From: Eledone cirrhosa
Lineage: Eukaryota
Assembly (NCBI GenBank): GCA_964016885.1
Contig: OZ024758.1
Span: 17,174,001-17,238,000 of the forward strand
Direction of reading: 5' to 3'
Length of the DNA stretch: 64,000 nucleotides
Shown piece after piece: positions 1 through 16,207 of the stretch (within the stretch, counting starts at the first letter, position 1; each line of letters begins with the position of its first letter). The notes beneath the pieces were generated by a model that saw only the letters and a list, made by a program, of their open reading frames with translations, did no database searches and had not been told where the DNA came from. A program made the translations under genes and the position numbers.

Positions 1-60
1 TATATATACACATGTTATATACATACATGTATATATACAGTATATTATATATATTTATAG

Positions 61-91
<31 letters not shown>

Positions 92-173
92 CTTATATAT
101 ATATTTATACATATAAATGTATATAATATATATCTATCTATATCTATACATATATAGTATATAATATATATCT

Positions 174-1991
174 ATCATCATCATCATTCATCATCAACGT
201 TTAACATCCGTGTTCCACGCTTGCTTGGGTTTGGACGGGGGTAGTCCCACTTGAGGCAAGAGTGATTGTCTTGCTCGCATAGGACTGTCTGGCAGGTTTT
301 CTACAGTTGGATGCCCTTCCTAACACCAACCACATTTACAGTGTGGGTCTGGGAGGTTTTTACCGTGTTGCCTACACGGCCACATTACAGCGTGGACTGT
401 GTGTTTTTTTGTCGTGACACCTACACGATCTCATTTGTTTCGGCCTGGATGGCGCGGCACCAACATAACTTTACATTGAACGGGGTGGTGTGGATGGGGT
501 GGGGGTGGTGGTGGTGGGACGGGGTGTATTTTGTTAGAGATGCCTACTGGCTGGAGTGGGTTTTACTATATATTTAGGTAAGGCGGGTCTTTTCTGTTAC
601 TGAGTACCGCCAAAGGTCTCGGTCCAGTGACATTGTCTTGGAGAGATGTAAGTGTGTGAGGTCGGAGTTTATCAGCTCGTCCCAGGTTTTTCTAGGTCTG
701 CCTATTCCGTGGCTACCGTCTATCTTTATTGCCCTGCACTTTGTTATACAGCTATCGACTTTCATGCGCATCACGTGTCCTTACCAACGTAGCCTTCTCT
801 CGAGTAAACAACATCTGATCCCTCTTATCTCTAATTTTTTCCTTAGTTCGTTTATGCTTTGCCGTTCACGTATATTACTGTTACACATCAAGCGGAGCAT
901 GCAAGCTTCGTTCCTCTCTAGTCTGCGTATATCCTCTGCACACAATGCCCAGGTCTCCCTGCCATGCAACATTGCTGTTCGTATGCAGGCATCGTACAAC
1001 CTGCCTTTCATTTTTAGGGAGAACCCTTTAGCAGCTAATAGTGGTATAAGCTCTCTGAACTTTTTCCAACCAGTTCTGACTCTAGCTACTGTACTTTCAG
1101 AGCACCCTCCCCCACTGCTGATTTTATCGCCCAGGTAACGGAAGCTGTCCACTATTTCTATAGAACCCTCTGCGCAATTGAAAGAGCTAGTATTTTGTGG
1201 GCACTTGCTGCTACTTATTGCACCAGAACACTGGCCACATGTAAAATCTATGTTCTTAGTTAGCTTACCTGTGATCCCACTACATCTTTTATGCACCCAT
1301 ACTTTGCATTTAGGACATAAAATGGAGTTTCTACCTACGCCTTTCCTACACACCGAGCACGACCATTTTCCAGAAGGGACCGCCGCCTTGTTTTCTTTCC
1401 TACAAACTAGAACTTTGGTCTTAGCCAGGTTAATTTTAAGTCCTTTTGACTCTAGGCCGTGCTTCCATGTTTGGAATTTCTTCTCTAGCTCGGCCATTGA
1501 TTCCGCTATGAGTGTCAGGTCGTCTGCGTATAGGAGTTCCCATGGGCAGCCGGTCTTGAACTCCTCTGTTATAGCCTGAAGGGCAATAATAAATAGTAGG
1601 GGGCTGAGAACAGAGCCCTGATGGACGCCAACTTTTACGCTAAACTCTTCACTATATTCGTTGTTAATTCTAACCTTGCTGACTGTTTCTTTATACATGG
1701 TTTGTATAGCCCTCACAAGACATTCGTCAACGCCTAGTTTTCTAAGAGCCCACCAGATAATGGAGCGGGGGACTCTGTCGAAGGCTTTCTCCAAGTCGAC
1801 AAAAGCTAAGTAGAGGGGTTTACCTTTAGCTAGGTACTTCTCCTGTAGTTGTCGTACTATGAAAAGAGCGTCTGTGGTACTTTTGCCTGACACAAACCCG
1901 AACTGCATTTCATCTAGGTCAATTCTCTCTCTGATTAGTTGCGCTATTACTTTTTCCGTGACCTTCATGACCTGGTCGATTAATTTAATGC
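174..1991 (-). mobile_element. RTE-clade LINE, family A, 5'-truncated, with ~400-bp 3' UTR and (GAT)n tail
   Basis: RT ORF 781-1968 with AFVDLEKAFD, GVHQGSVLSP and LYADD motifs, continuing into the 574-774 C-terminal ORF (GRPRKTW). A (CAT)n tail lies at ~174-197 and (TA)-rich DNA flanks both sides. Confidence 0.95.
574..1991 (-). pseudogene. RTE reverse transcriptase ORF remnant (RT + Cys/His finger + C-terminus) with premature stop at 781-783
   Basis: RRLRW*GHVMRM here versus RRLRWYGHVMRM in the sister copy at ~5190-5220. Confidence 0.9.
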
Positions 1992-2602
1992 TATCTATAT
2001 ATATCTATAAATATATAGTATATAATATAAATATATATATCTATACATATAGTATATTATATATATATCTTAACATATATAGTATATTATATATATATCT
2101 TAACATATATAGTATATTACATATATATATCTATATCTATACATATATATAATATATTTGTCTGTTTGAGTAGGAGAGATTAAGAGACAGTGAGTGTGTG
2201 ATAGATAAATAGAGAGAGAGAGGGGGTGAAATATAGAGATAAAGGGAGGGAGTAAGGTGGTGAGAGAAGAAAATGGAAATGAGGAATGAAAGTGAGGCAA
2301 ACAAAGAATAAGTGATTCTGTAATCAATATAAAGAAATCAATTATTTAAAATAATAAATATAGATATATTTAGAAAATATTTGAAACCTGTTAACATAAA
2401 TAAGTATTTTATAAAGCTGTTTAAGTAATTTTAAATGTTAAACATATATACAGAGACACCATAACAATTCTGAGTTGTTTTATTTATTTATTTATATATT
2501 TATTTTTCTTATTTATTTATTTATTTATTCTTTCTATTTTGGTTTAGGTATTTTAATCATTTCCCAAATGGAATTTGACCTAAACGCTGAAAATAGAAAG
2601 GT

Positions 2603-2653
<51 letters not shown>

Positions 2654-2680
2654 AATGTATATATATATATATATATATAT

Positions 2681-3005
2681 CATCATCATCATTTTACATC
2701 CGCTTTTCCCTGCTTGCAAGGGTGGGACGGGAACTGATTCTGGCTTGATTTCTACAGCTGGATGCCCTTCCTAACACCAACCTCATTTACAGTGAGTGCT
2801 AGGTGCTTTTTTGTTGTGGCACCTCCATGACCACTTTGCAGTGGAATGATAGGGACCCCAGTCCCTATCATCTCATTTCTACACCTGCGTAAACTGGAGC
2901 AATGTGAAATAAAATGTCTTGCTCAAGGAAACAACACATCACCTGGTCTGAGAATTAAACTCACAACCTTTAGATTGCAAGGCCAATGCTCTAACCACTA
3001 AGCCA
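2681..3005 (-). mobile_element. tRNA-derived SINE (family S1) with RTE family C 3' tail
   Basis: Minus strand reads A box TGGCTTAGTGG, a B-box-like GTTTAATTC, CCTTGAGCAAGACA central motif and tail CCCGTCCCACCCTTGCAAGCAGGGAAAAGCGGATGTAAAATGATGAT, matching the LINE end at ~58590-58650. Confidence 0.9.
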
Positions 3006-3466
3006 TAATATCTTGTCTTTATTACTAAATGTAAACAAAATAAAATATGTTTGAATATTATTAAAAAATTTGAATAACTCGAGTACCGAAATCAACTGCT
3101 AAATAACAAAAGCAACAATATGTATATATTCTTTTCAAATCCATGGTATTTATATTTATGTTTAACGCAAACAAAAATTTTAAAGATGGAAAAATTATCA
3201 ACAGCAAAATAGAAAGGAAAATAGCTTATATAAATTATCAAAGATATACTTCAATCTATGCTGTAAGATAATAGAGAAAAAATTGGATGAAGAGAACGGT
3301 AAATATATTTAGTATTCTCTAGAAATATATTTTATGAGTAAATGTTTTGGCAAATCTCAAGTATTTTTTAAAATGTATTTTTGGAAAAAGTTTAAAAAAT
3401 TTACTATGTGCACACCTGTGGGCGTGTTTTGACAAGTAACAAGGGTTATATATATATATATACATA

Positions 3467-3504
<38 letters not shown>

Positions 3505-3508
<4 letters not shown>

Positions 3509-3694
3509 TATAGATGAGATTCTACAGGACTAGAACTGTTTCATTCTTTAGAAATCATCAGGAATCGCTGATGATTTCTAAAGAATGAAACAGTTCTAGT
3601 CCTGTAGAATCTCATCTATATTAAAACTTTTATACTCTGCAATGTATTGAGTACCTTACTTACTGTGGTTACCTCCGATTCAACCCGGAATAAC

Positions 3695-3695
<1 letters not shown>
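3505..3695. mobile_element. Hammerhead-bearing Penelope-like mini-element (family H1): 57-bp perfect inverted arms plus ~70-nt tail, in (TA)n
   Basis: Arms 3505-3561 and 3568-3624 around loop GAATCG. The right arm continues into a tail shared with 56860-56993. Confidence 0.75.
3518..3566 (-). ncRNA. Type I hammerhead ribozyme (H1)
   Basis: Minus strand: GATTC-CTGATGA-T-TTC taaa GAA-T-GAAA-CAG ttctagtc CTG-TA-GAATC. Stem I is GATTC/GAATC and the cleavage triplet is GUA. There is a U.U at the base of stem II. Confidence 0.7.
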
Positions 3696-3771
<76 letters not shown>

Positions 3772-4040
3772 GAAGTTAGTAAAATCGAAGTTGTGGCGCT
3801 CAGCCAGCATCCACGAAAGAAAACAATATTCGGAGCTTTTCACAAAGCACACAATAAGAAGATATTGATAAATTGCTAAGTTATATCTTAGAGTAATAAA
3901 CATACGTTAAAGGCATGACAAATTGAAAGCTGTGGTTAAGGGGACAGAGCCACAGAGGCCACCACAACAACGAAAATATAATCAGGTTAAATAACAAAGT
4001 AAATACGAAGTAATTTCAGATGTTAAAGTCATTTATTGAT

Positions 4041-4122
4041 AAAGCTGTGATACATATTTCATATGATGACAGTGGCCAAGCGATTCCGCCTAACCAGTGC
4101 CATGATCTCATCAGACAGCTTC
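4041..4122 (-). ncRNA. Minimal type I hammerhead ribozyme with long stem II (family H3)
   Basis: Minus strand: AAGCTGT-CTGATGA-[gatc ATGGCA c TGGTTAGGCG gaat CGCTTGGCCA c TGTCAT catat]-GAAA-TATGT-ATC-ACAGCTT. Stem I is 7 bp, the cleavage triplet is AUC, and stem III is very short and quasi-palindromic. An inverted repeat links ~4010-4043 and ~4215-4249. Confidence 0.7.
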
Positions 4123-4521
4123 TTACATGATAAGGTTACGTTCTCAAGGCAATCTAAATTGAAACAACAAAGGAACTGACACAGATGATGTTCTTCAAGC
4201 CTTCACTCATCCGTTTATCAATAAAAGACTTTAACATCTGAAACTACTCACATTTTCTTATTATAAAATACTCTGTCACTCCTATGTGGAAAAAGAGTGT
4301 TGTGTGCTTATTTTGAATTGCATCAATGTTTACCATAAGTATATATAAATATAGATGATGATGATGGTGGTGGTGGTGGTGGTGGTGGTGATGCTGATGC
4401 TGCTGGTGGTGGTGGTGGTGGTGGTGGTGGTGGTGATACTGCTGCTGGTGGTGGTGGTGGTGGTTATGGTGGTGATGATGATGATGATGATGATGATGAG
4501 ATATATATGTATATATATGTG

Positions 4522-4921
4522 AAGGTACATGGCTTAGTGGTTAGAGCATTGGGCTTGCAATCAAAAGGTTGTGAGTTCAATTCTCAGACCAGGTGATGTG
4601 TTGTTTCCTTGAGCAAGACACTTTATTTCACATTGCTCCAGTATACTCAGCTGTAGAAATGAGATGGAATGATAGGGACCCCAGTCCCTATCATTCCATT
4701 GCAATGTGGTTGTGGAGGTGCCACGGCAAAAAATCACCCAGCACTCACTGTAAATGAGGTTGGTGTTAGGAAGGACATCCAGCTGTAGAAATCAAGCCAG
4801 AATCAGTTCCCGTCCCACCCTTGCAAGACAAGGTCAGCTGACCAGACACTGCCCATAACAGGACAACCCGTCTAACCCATGCTAGCGTGGAAGAACAGAT
4901 GTAAAACGGTGATGATGATGA
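4522..4921 (+). mobile_element. tRNA-derived SINE S1 with chimeric double tail (family C tail start, then family B tail)
   Basis: A/B boxes at 4529-4584; CCCGTCCCACCCTTGCAAG (~4808-4827) is followed by GGTCAGCTGACCAGACACTGCCC...CCCATGCTAGCGTGGAAGAAC and (GAT)n. Confidence 0.85.
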
Positions 4922-5097
4922 TATATCTTCGATGACAGGTCTCTGCAACATCGCATAAGATGACCCAAGTGTAAGTTACATTCTCACAATCACATCACCA
5001 CAAACATATACCCTCATAGCTCTCCAGATATGAATCCATTAGATTAACCCTTTCACATTTACATATGATGATGATGATGATGATTACTCTATATTTA

Positions 5098-5880
5098 CTG
5101 TGTAATAGTAACATACGTGAACGGCAAAGCATAAGCGATCTAAGGAAAAAATTAGAAATAAGAGGGATCAGATGTTGTTTACTCGAGAGAAGGCTACGTT
5201 GGTATGGTCATGTGATGCGCATGAAAGACGACAGCTGTATAACAAAGTGCAGGGCAATAAAGATAGACGGTAGCTACGGAGTAGGCAGACCCAGAAAAAC
5301 CTGGGACGAGCTGATAAATTCTGACCTAACACACTTACACCTCTCCAAGACAATGTCACTGGACCGAGACCTTTGGCGGTACTCAGTAATAGAGAAGACC
5401 CGCCTTACCTAAATACAAAGTAAAACCTACTACAGCCAGTAGGCATCTCTAACAAAATACACCCCCGTCCCACCACCCCCACCCCCCATTCACACCGCCC
5501 CTTCAATGTAAAGTTATGTTGGTGCCACAACATCCAGGCCGAAACAAATGAGATCGTGTAGACACAGTCCACGCTGAAAATGTGGTCGTGTAGGCAACAC
5601 GGTAAAAACCTCCCAGCCCCACACTGTAAATGTGGTTGGTGTTAGGAAGGGCATCCAGCTGTAGAAAACCTGCCAGACAGTCCACGCTGTAATGTGGCCG
5701 TGTAGGCAACACGGTAAAAACCTCCCAGCCCCACACTGTAAATGTGGTTGGTGTTAGGAAGGGCATCCAGCTGTAGAAAACCCACCAGATAGTCCTATGC
5801 GAGCAAGACAAACACTCTTGCCTCAAGTGGGAAAACCCCCGTCCAAACCCATGCAAGCGTGGAACACGGACGTTAAACGT

Positions 5881-5908
<28 letters not shown>
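5098..5908 (+). mobile_element. RTE family A 3' fragment with internal ~115-bp duplication in the 3' UTR
   Basis: Near-identical to the reverse complement of ~190-885. The module GACAGTCCACGCTG...CAGCTGTAGAAAAC occurs twice; the element ends in (GAT)n. Confidence 0.9.
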
Positions 5909-5912
<4 letters not shown>

Positions 5913-6311
5913 GCTGTAAAGGCTTTACCTTACATAATTATCTCACAGAATATCGAATCTATGAGATTTTGATATTATTTATTTTGAGAATAATATTTTG
6001 AGAATAATACCTTAACATCAGTATGATGTTTCAAGAGAAAGAGGTGAGAGAGTTCTGGACAGTTGGTTTAAATGTTAAAGAGTTAAAAAGGTAATTGATC
6101 TCTGAGGTAATTGATCTCTGAGATCCAACATAACAAGCACAATGTCCAAAATAGAGAAGATTATCAGATTTGGGGATATCAATGTTTCAGACTTCGTATT
6201 CAAGTTTCAAGATTATTCAAACCAATTCTTTCTTAAAAGAAGCTCTTCTTTCGTCACTTATGTGTCTTTTATGAAATTCATGCAAATTACCTCAAAGAAC
6301 TGTGCAGCCCT

Positions 6312-9345
<3,034 letters not shown>

Positions 9346-10539
9346 TGTGGGGTAGATATGGAGTCTATAAGCCATTGCAAAGGCAACCAGTCTAGGAAAG
9401 CACTAACACCAAATAATCTTTTTGCACAGAATAGATGCCCATTATATACACGGTAATAAAGACAACCTGTTTAGGAGCATAGCCATCATCATCAAACGTC
9501 CCTTTTCCTTGCTAGTAAGGTGACTGAATTAAAAGTAATACTGTGAAAAGTGGACATTTATGTTATATCAGGCAACCTCTCTAGTGTTTGTGGAACAATA
9601 AAATATGCCCAGGAATAAATTTAGAAAAAAAAAACTATGCCAAATCTAAGGAAAGCAAAGCTAAAATGATGGTTTGTAATATTTGTATGCATGAATGATG
9701 AAACACAGTTTAGCTGAGAGAAAAAAATGGGTATAAGACAAATCAGATAGAATGTGCAGGAGAGATGGTCGTAGTGGTTCTGACGTGTAATGTGTATGGA
9801 TCAGGAATTCTGGGGGGAAGAAAGAATTGACAGGAATTCTAAGAGGAAGGAAGCTGTGGAAGAAGAAGACCAAGGATGATGTGGACAGAAGGGAGTAAAG
9901 TCAACCTCAAGATGCTGAAATTCACAAAAGAGATGATACATGATAGAGAAAAAGTTGAGGGAAGCTATACCAGAGAGATGTCTGAAACACCCAAGTATGG
10001 AAAAGCAAATGAAAAAAATGATGATGATGATAAATGTGATCAGTATTTCTACTTTAGGCACAAGGTCAACAATTTAAAGGGAAGGGAAGGGGAAAATCAA
10101 TTAAATCGATTAAATTGACCCAGTGGTACTTTATTTTATCGATCGCATAAGGATGAAAGGCAAAGCTAACCTCAGCGGGATTTGAACTTAGAATGTAAAG
10201 ACCCGTAACTCTCTGCTGCAAAGAATGGTGTCTGATGCTCTATCAATACTGCCAATCCCCCATCCGATGATGATGATGATGATGATGATGATGAAGAAGT
10301 TTTGGCAAAATCGTTGGAACTATTGCTTTGCAATATTTACTCTGGCAGAGTTCAGATCCTGCTAAGTTCCAATTTATCTTTTCATTCATACAGTGGGGTC
10401 AATGAAATAAAATACCAGTGATGTATTGTGGTTGATATAATCAACATTTCCCCCTCCCTCTAAACTACGAACCTTATGCTTAAATAAGAAACCGTTATAA
10501 CCTTTTTAACCTTTGGAATGATAGAGCTTTTACAAAGTC

Positions 10540-11450
10540 CACCAAAAAGACTGTAATCAAAACATTGGTGTGGCTGGTAGCTCTATATGGTTGTGAGACA
10601 TGGACAGTAACCCTTTAGCATTTAAACCGGCTGAATCCAGCCAGAATTCTCTCAATTCTTTCTGTTCAAACTGGCCACAACCAGCCACTGATACTGACCT
10701 TAAGGTATTGTTCTCAAAATAAATAACTTCAAAATCTCATAGATTCAATATTATGTGAAGTAATTGTGTGAGATAAAACCTTTACCACAAAAATACAAGA
10801 GTATTTATAAAGTAATGTAAATGGTAAAGGGTTAAGCCTTCAGCATTTATACCTGCTGAATCTGGCCAGAATTCTCTTAATTGTTTTTTGTTGAAACCAG
10901 CCACAGTCGTTCATACTGATTTTAAGGTATTTTTCTCAAAATGAATAAATAAATTCAAAATCTCGTAGATTTGATATTATGTGAGATAATTATGTGAGGT
11001 AAAGCCTTTACTATGAAAATACAATAGTATATATAGAGTAATATAAATGCTAAAGGGTTAAATGAAACTTGAAACCACTGAGTGTATTTGAAATGTCATT
11101 CTATAGGCGTGCACTTAGAATTAGCTGGACAGCTCACAGATCAAATGAATCTCTCCTGGAAGAGATTGGTGCCAATCGACAAGTTCGTTGAAACAGCAAG
11201 GAAGAGGAAAATTCAGTGTGTTGGTCATGTCATCAGGGCCCAAAATTTGACTACCCATATCCCTGAGGGACAAAATATAGGGGAAAAGGGCCAGAAGATG
11301 GCAGAAAAGGAGATGGACAGATGATATTAAGGAATGGACAGGAAGGGGTTTGGTGGAATGTACAGCAATGGCAAGCGACAGGAATAGATGTAGAGTGCTG
11401 GTCAATGAGTCCATGAACCCTGGCCCTCAGAAATTAGGATGGGCTGAGGG
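10540..11450 (+). mobile_element. Old RTE (BovB-like) LINE 3' fragment interrupted by two tandem piggyBac-type MITEs
   Basis: TLVWLVALYGCETW before 10608; RKIQCVGHVIRA and DDIKEWTG after 11061. Confidence 0.7.
10611..11057. mobile_element. Two head-to-tail piggyBac-type MITEs sharing a TTAA
   Basis: CCCTTTAGCATTTA...AAAGGG|TTAA|GCCTTCAGCATTTA...TAAATGCTAAAGGG|TTAA. Confidence 0.85.
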
Positions 11451-11795
11451 GAAAGGGATAACCATTATACTCCTCATGGCCATAGTAGCCAACAGCAGAA
11501 ACTGAAAGAGAGAAGCTGGGAAAAAAAGGATGAGAAAGTGGAAATCAGAAGGAAGACGAAAGAAAAAAATGATAGAGAGATGAGTTGAAATTAGGAGAGT
11601 ATTGTGAAGTGAGATATAAAGTTAAATGTGTAAATAGAGTTATGAAATGACATGGTTAAGTGAATGTGAGAAGTTTGAATGTAATGGGGGCTGGGGGCTG
11701 TGGAGGGGGGATATGGGGTGCACTGTGGATAGAAGGGAGATGAGGAAGTGTGGAAAAGAAAGAAAGAGCTAAGGGACGATTGCAAAGACATAATT

Positions 11796-11872
<77 letters not shown>

Positions 11873-11973
11873 TGTATTAAAGAGGAGGTAGAAAGAAAGA
11901 AAGCAAGAGAGATGGAGATACAGAGAGAGACACATGAAAAAGGAAAGCAAGAAAAGGGGATATATAGATATAT

Positions 11974-12010
11974 ATACAATATGTTGAAAAGGTAACACAC
12001 TATCGTGATA
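11974..12010. mobile_element. ~35-bp mini-derivative of the 43.25-44.82 kb hammerhead element (both termini only)
   Basis: TACAATATGTTGAAAAGGTAACACAC (left terminus of the 43-kb element) joined to TATCGTGA (its right terminus), within (TA)n. Confidence 0.7.
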
Positions 12011-12064
12011 TATATATATATATGTTTCTTTTATATATATATAGATAGATAGATACACACACAC

Positions 12065-12118
<54 letters not shown>

Positions 12119-12125
12119 ATCTATG

Positions 12126-12165
<40 letters not shown>

Positions 12166-12184
12166 TATAGATGGATACACACAC

Positions 12185-12329
<145 letters not shown>

Positions 12330-12972
12330 TATATATATATACACCGAGAGAGATTGAGAGAGAGGGATAAAGGAGAAAAGAATGAGAAGGAGGTTAAGAG
12401 ATGTTGGGAGAGAAAGAGATAGAGACATTGAGAGGGAGAGAAAGAGAAGGAGCGACAGTGAGAATGAAAGACTTGGATTAGTTGAAAACAAAAATGGCGC
12501 TGCAGCTAATGGAAGACAGAAAACGTGACGGAAAAGTTCGAAAGAAAAATCTAGAAGAGATTAGGAAATGAGTGTTAATGAAATAGTTAGAAAAGCTCAG
12601 TTAAATAATACAGAAACAAATCCTTCTTCTTCTTCTGCTTCTTCTACCTTCTTCCATTCTTTCTTTCGTTCTTCGAAGAAACACCAACAATTAACCAAGA
12701 TGAAGATCAAGAATGAAATAATTGCAATGGCAAAGACAGTGAAGAATCTAATGAGAAGATTAAAAGTGAGAAAACTAATGAACTGGTGAATAAAAATATC
12801 AAACCATTAGCTAGAGAACCATTGCTGATTAGGTTCTTATTGATAATATTATTGAACAGACTTATGAGACTGGGGGAACATTTCTTTGACTAATCAGTAA
12901 TAGATAGAGACTTCTTCCTGCTCCTCCTTCTTCTTATCATCATCATCATCATCATCATTATCATTATTATCC

Positions 12973-14105
12973 GGTGGATTGGCAGTATTGGTAGAGAGTC
13001 AGACATGCTTTCCAGCGTAGTTACGTACCTTTACGGTCTGAGTTCAAATCCCGTCGAGCTTAACTTTGCCTTTCATCCTTACGGGGGTCGATAAAATAAA
13101 GTACCAGTAATGCACTGAGATAATTGCTGGCCTTGTGCCAAAAGTAGAAACAATTATAATCCGGTGGATTGTCAGTATTGGTAGAGGGTCGGACGCCATG
13201 CTTTGATGCATAGAGTTACGGCCCTTGCCATTCTGAGTTCAAATCCCGCCAAGGTTAACTTTGCCTTTCATCCTTACGGGGGTTGATGAAATAAAGCACC
13301 AGTAACGTACTGGGGTCGATTTAAACAACATTCCCCATCCCCCAAATTACTAGCCCTGTGCCTATACTAGAAATCATTATTATTATTATTATCAGTTACG
13401 TCCCTTTACGATCTGAGTTCAAATCCCGTCGAGGTTAACTTTGCCTTTCATCCTTACGGGGTCGATAAAATAAAGTACCAGTAATACACTGGGATAATTG
13501 CTGGCCTTGTGCCAAAAGTAGAAACAATTATAATCCGGTGGATTGTCAGTATTGGTAGAGGGTCGGACGCCATGCTTTGATGCATAGAGTTACGGCCCTT
13601 GCCATTCTGAGTTCAAATCCCGCCAAGGTTAACTTTGCCTTTCATCCTTACGGGGGTTGATGAAATAAAGCACCAGTAACGTACTGGGGTCGATTTAAAC
13701 AACATTCCCCATCCCCCAAATTACTAGCCCTGTGCCTATACTAGAAATCATTATTATTATTATTATCAGTTACGTCCCTTTACGATCTGAGTTCAAATCC
13801 CGTCGAGGTTAACTTTGCCTTTCATCCTTACGGGGTCGATAAAATAAAGTACCAGTAATACACTGGGATAATTGCTGGCCTTGTGCCAAAAGTAGAAACA
13901 ATTATTATTATTATCATTAATGATTGGACGTATCGGTAGAGGGTTGGGCACCATGCTTTGCACCATAGAGTTACGGCCCTTTACAGTCTGAGTTCATATC
14001 CCGCCGAGGTTAACTTTACCTTTCATCCTTACGGGGTCGATAAAATAAAGTACCAGTAATGCTCTGGGGTATTTGCTGGCCTTGAGCCAAAAGTAGAAAT
14101 AATTA
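12973..14105 (+). mobile_element. Cluster of tRNA-derived SINE S2 copies including a ~374-bp near-perfect tandem duplication
   Basis: Repeated TGGCAGTATTGGTAG...GAGTTCAAATCCC...GCCTTTCATCCTTACGGGGTCGATAAAATAAAGTACCAG...(ATT)n. 13140-13513 is almost identical to 13514-13890. Confidence 0.9.
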
Positions 14106-15280
14106 TTATCATTACTGCAATTGTCATCATCATCATCATCATCAAACTCATCATCATTACTGTGATCGTCATCATCATCATCATCATCATTATTATTGTC
14201 CCTATCATCATCAAGATCACTACTGTCGCCACCACCACCACCAACACCACCACCCTGATGAACACCACCCTCATCGTCAACATCATCAGCATCTCCACCA
14301 TCATCATCATCATCATCACAATCATCATCAGGACTATCACTACTATCATCATCATCATCACCATCTTTATCACCCCCACCACCACCACCACCACCAGTTA
14401 ATCAAACAACTGAGGGTCTCCCATGTATGTGGTTATCTCAATGGCGTAGCGGCAGGTATTAGAGAGTGTGGATATCTTGGTCTGGAGTTCAATCCTGGTT
14501 AGATGATACATTTCGAGTGTCCTGTTAAACTTTAACCCATGCTAACGTGGTGGATAGACGTTAATTGATGATGATGGTGAGGATGGTGATGATGGTGATG
14601 GTGATGATGGTGATGATGGTGATGGTGATGATGGTGATGATGGTGATGTTTATTTTTGAGATTTTTGTTTGTGTATGTATTTTCCAAGGCAGAGAACTGG
14701 TAGAGCCGTTAGAACATCAGATAAAATGCCTTGTGGTATTTATTCCTGCTCTCTGCTCCCTCATTTAAAAATCCCACCGAGGTCAACTTTACCTTTCATC
14801 CTTTCAAGATTGATAAAAAAAGTACCAGTCTAATACTGGTGTCAATTCTTCACTTTCTTTCTCTCACCCTCTCTATCCTTCTCTGGAAGAAATCTGCTGT
14901 ATTCAGACCTAGAGAGGAGATAAGCTCTGCCATGTTTTAAAAAGCCATAAGAAACACTACACATTAATATGATGCCCCTACAATTCCCCCAGGAGTTACT
15001 GGTCTATACCATGCTATAGATTTTCTAACTTCTTTGAAAAAGATAGAAAATAAATAAGCAAAACAAAATAATATTCCAAGAAACCTGAAAAAAATCACAT
15101 CCGTATACTTTCATTAAATTATATTTCAATAAAAAGAATTATTGCTATTTTATATATAAGAGCAGGTATGGCTGTATAGTTATAAAGTTTTCTTCCTAAC
15201 CACATAGTTCTGAGTTCAGTAGTACTGTTATTATAGCCTCAAGCTGCTCAATAAACTCTGAAGCCATTTATTATCTAGAG

Positions 15281-15575
15281 CAGGGATGTGCAACAGGTGG
15301 CCTGTGGGCCAGTCAGAGTGGCACGCGATGACCATTTTTAATTTGTACCTTGTAGGCTTATTTAGAATTTTTTTCGTAACCGTAATACTTATGTTAGTTA
15401 ACCTATACTAAAGGGCTTCACTGATAGGGTTATGTGTGTTATAATTTGCCAGTTCCATGTTATGGAAAGAAGTTGTAGTGAATCTTTAGAATAGTGCTTA
15501 ATAAATATTAATGGCTCTAATAGTTGCTCCAATGTTCAAAAGTGGCCCGCCAATGGAATATGTTGCACGGCCCTG
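15281..15575. mobile_element. hAT (Charlie-type) MITE
   Basis: TIRs CAGGGATGTGCAAC / GTTGCACGGCCCTG with a perfect 8-bp TSD ATCTAGAG (15273-15280, 15576-15583), matching the NTCTAGAN target of Charlie elements. Confidence 0.9.
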
Positions 15576-15845
15576 ATCTAGAGGCTATAGTAAAAGACAT
15601 TTGCCCAATGTGTCACAGACACAAAACCATGTAGTTGTATAGTAAACTCTTTATCTTTAACAAAACAACTACTTCATTTTGTATTGGACACATCTTGCTC
15701 AAGCAGTGATTTTTGTTTATGTTCCATAACTCAGGGTTTCAACACATGATATAAGCATGGCTTCAAGTCAAGCACAGAATGTGATCTTCACTTTGTATTG
15801 TATACAGAATTGAAAATATTTTCTGTTGTTTCTTTTGGGCTTTAA

Positions 15846-16053
15846 CCCTTTAGCATTTACATTACTCTATATATACTATTGTATTTTCATGGTAAAGGCT
15901 TTATCTCACATAATATCGAATCTATGAGAGTTGGATAGTATTTATTTTGAAAACAATACCTCAACATCAGTATGAGTGACCAGTTACAGCTGGTTTGAAC
16001 AGAAAAAGGTGAGAGAATTCTGACCGGATATGGCCAGTTTAAATGCTAAAGGG
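15846..16053. mobile_element. piggyBac-type MITE (~210 bp)
   Basis: TTAA|CCCTTTAGCATTTA...TAAATGCTAAAGGG|TTAA. Confidence 0.92.
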
Positions 16054-16207
16054 TTAATATTAGCTTTAAAAATAACAGATAAAGGATTTCTTGTTTAATC
16101 CCAGTTCATACCTAACTGAACAAACCTCAAGGTGACATTAAATTAAACTGGCAGAGTTGTTAGTGTACAGCCATCTGGTATTCATACTGGTGTTTATACC
16201 CTTTAGT

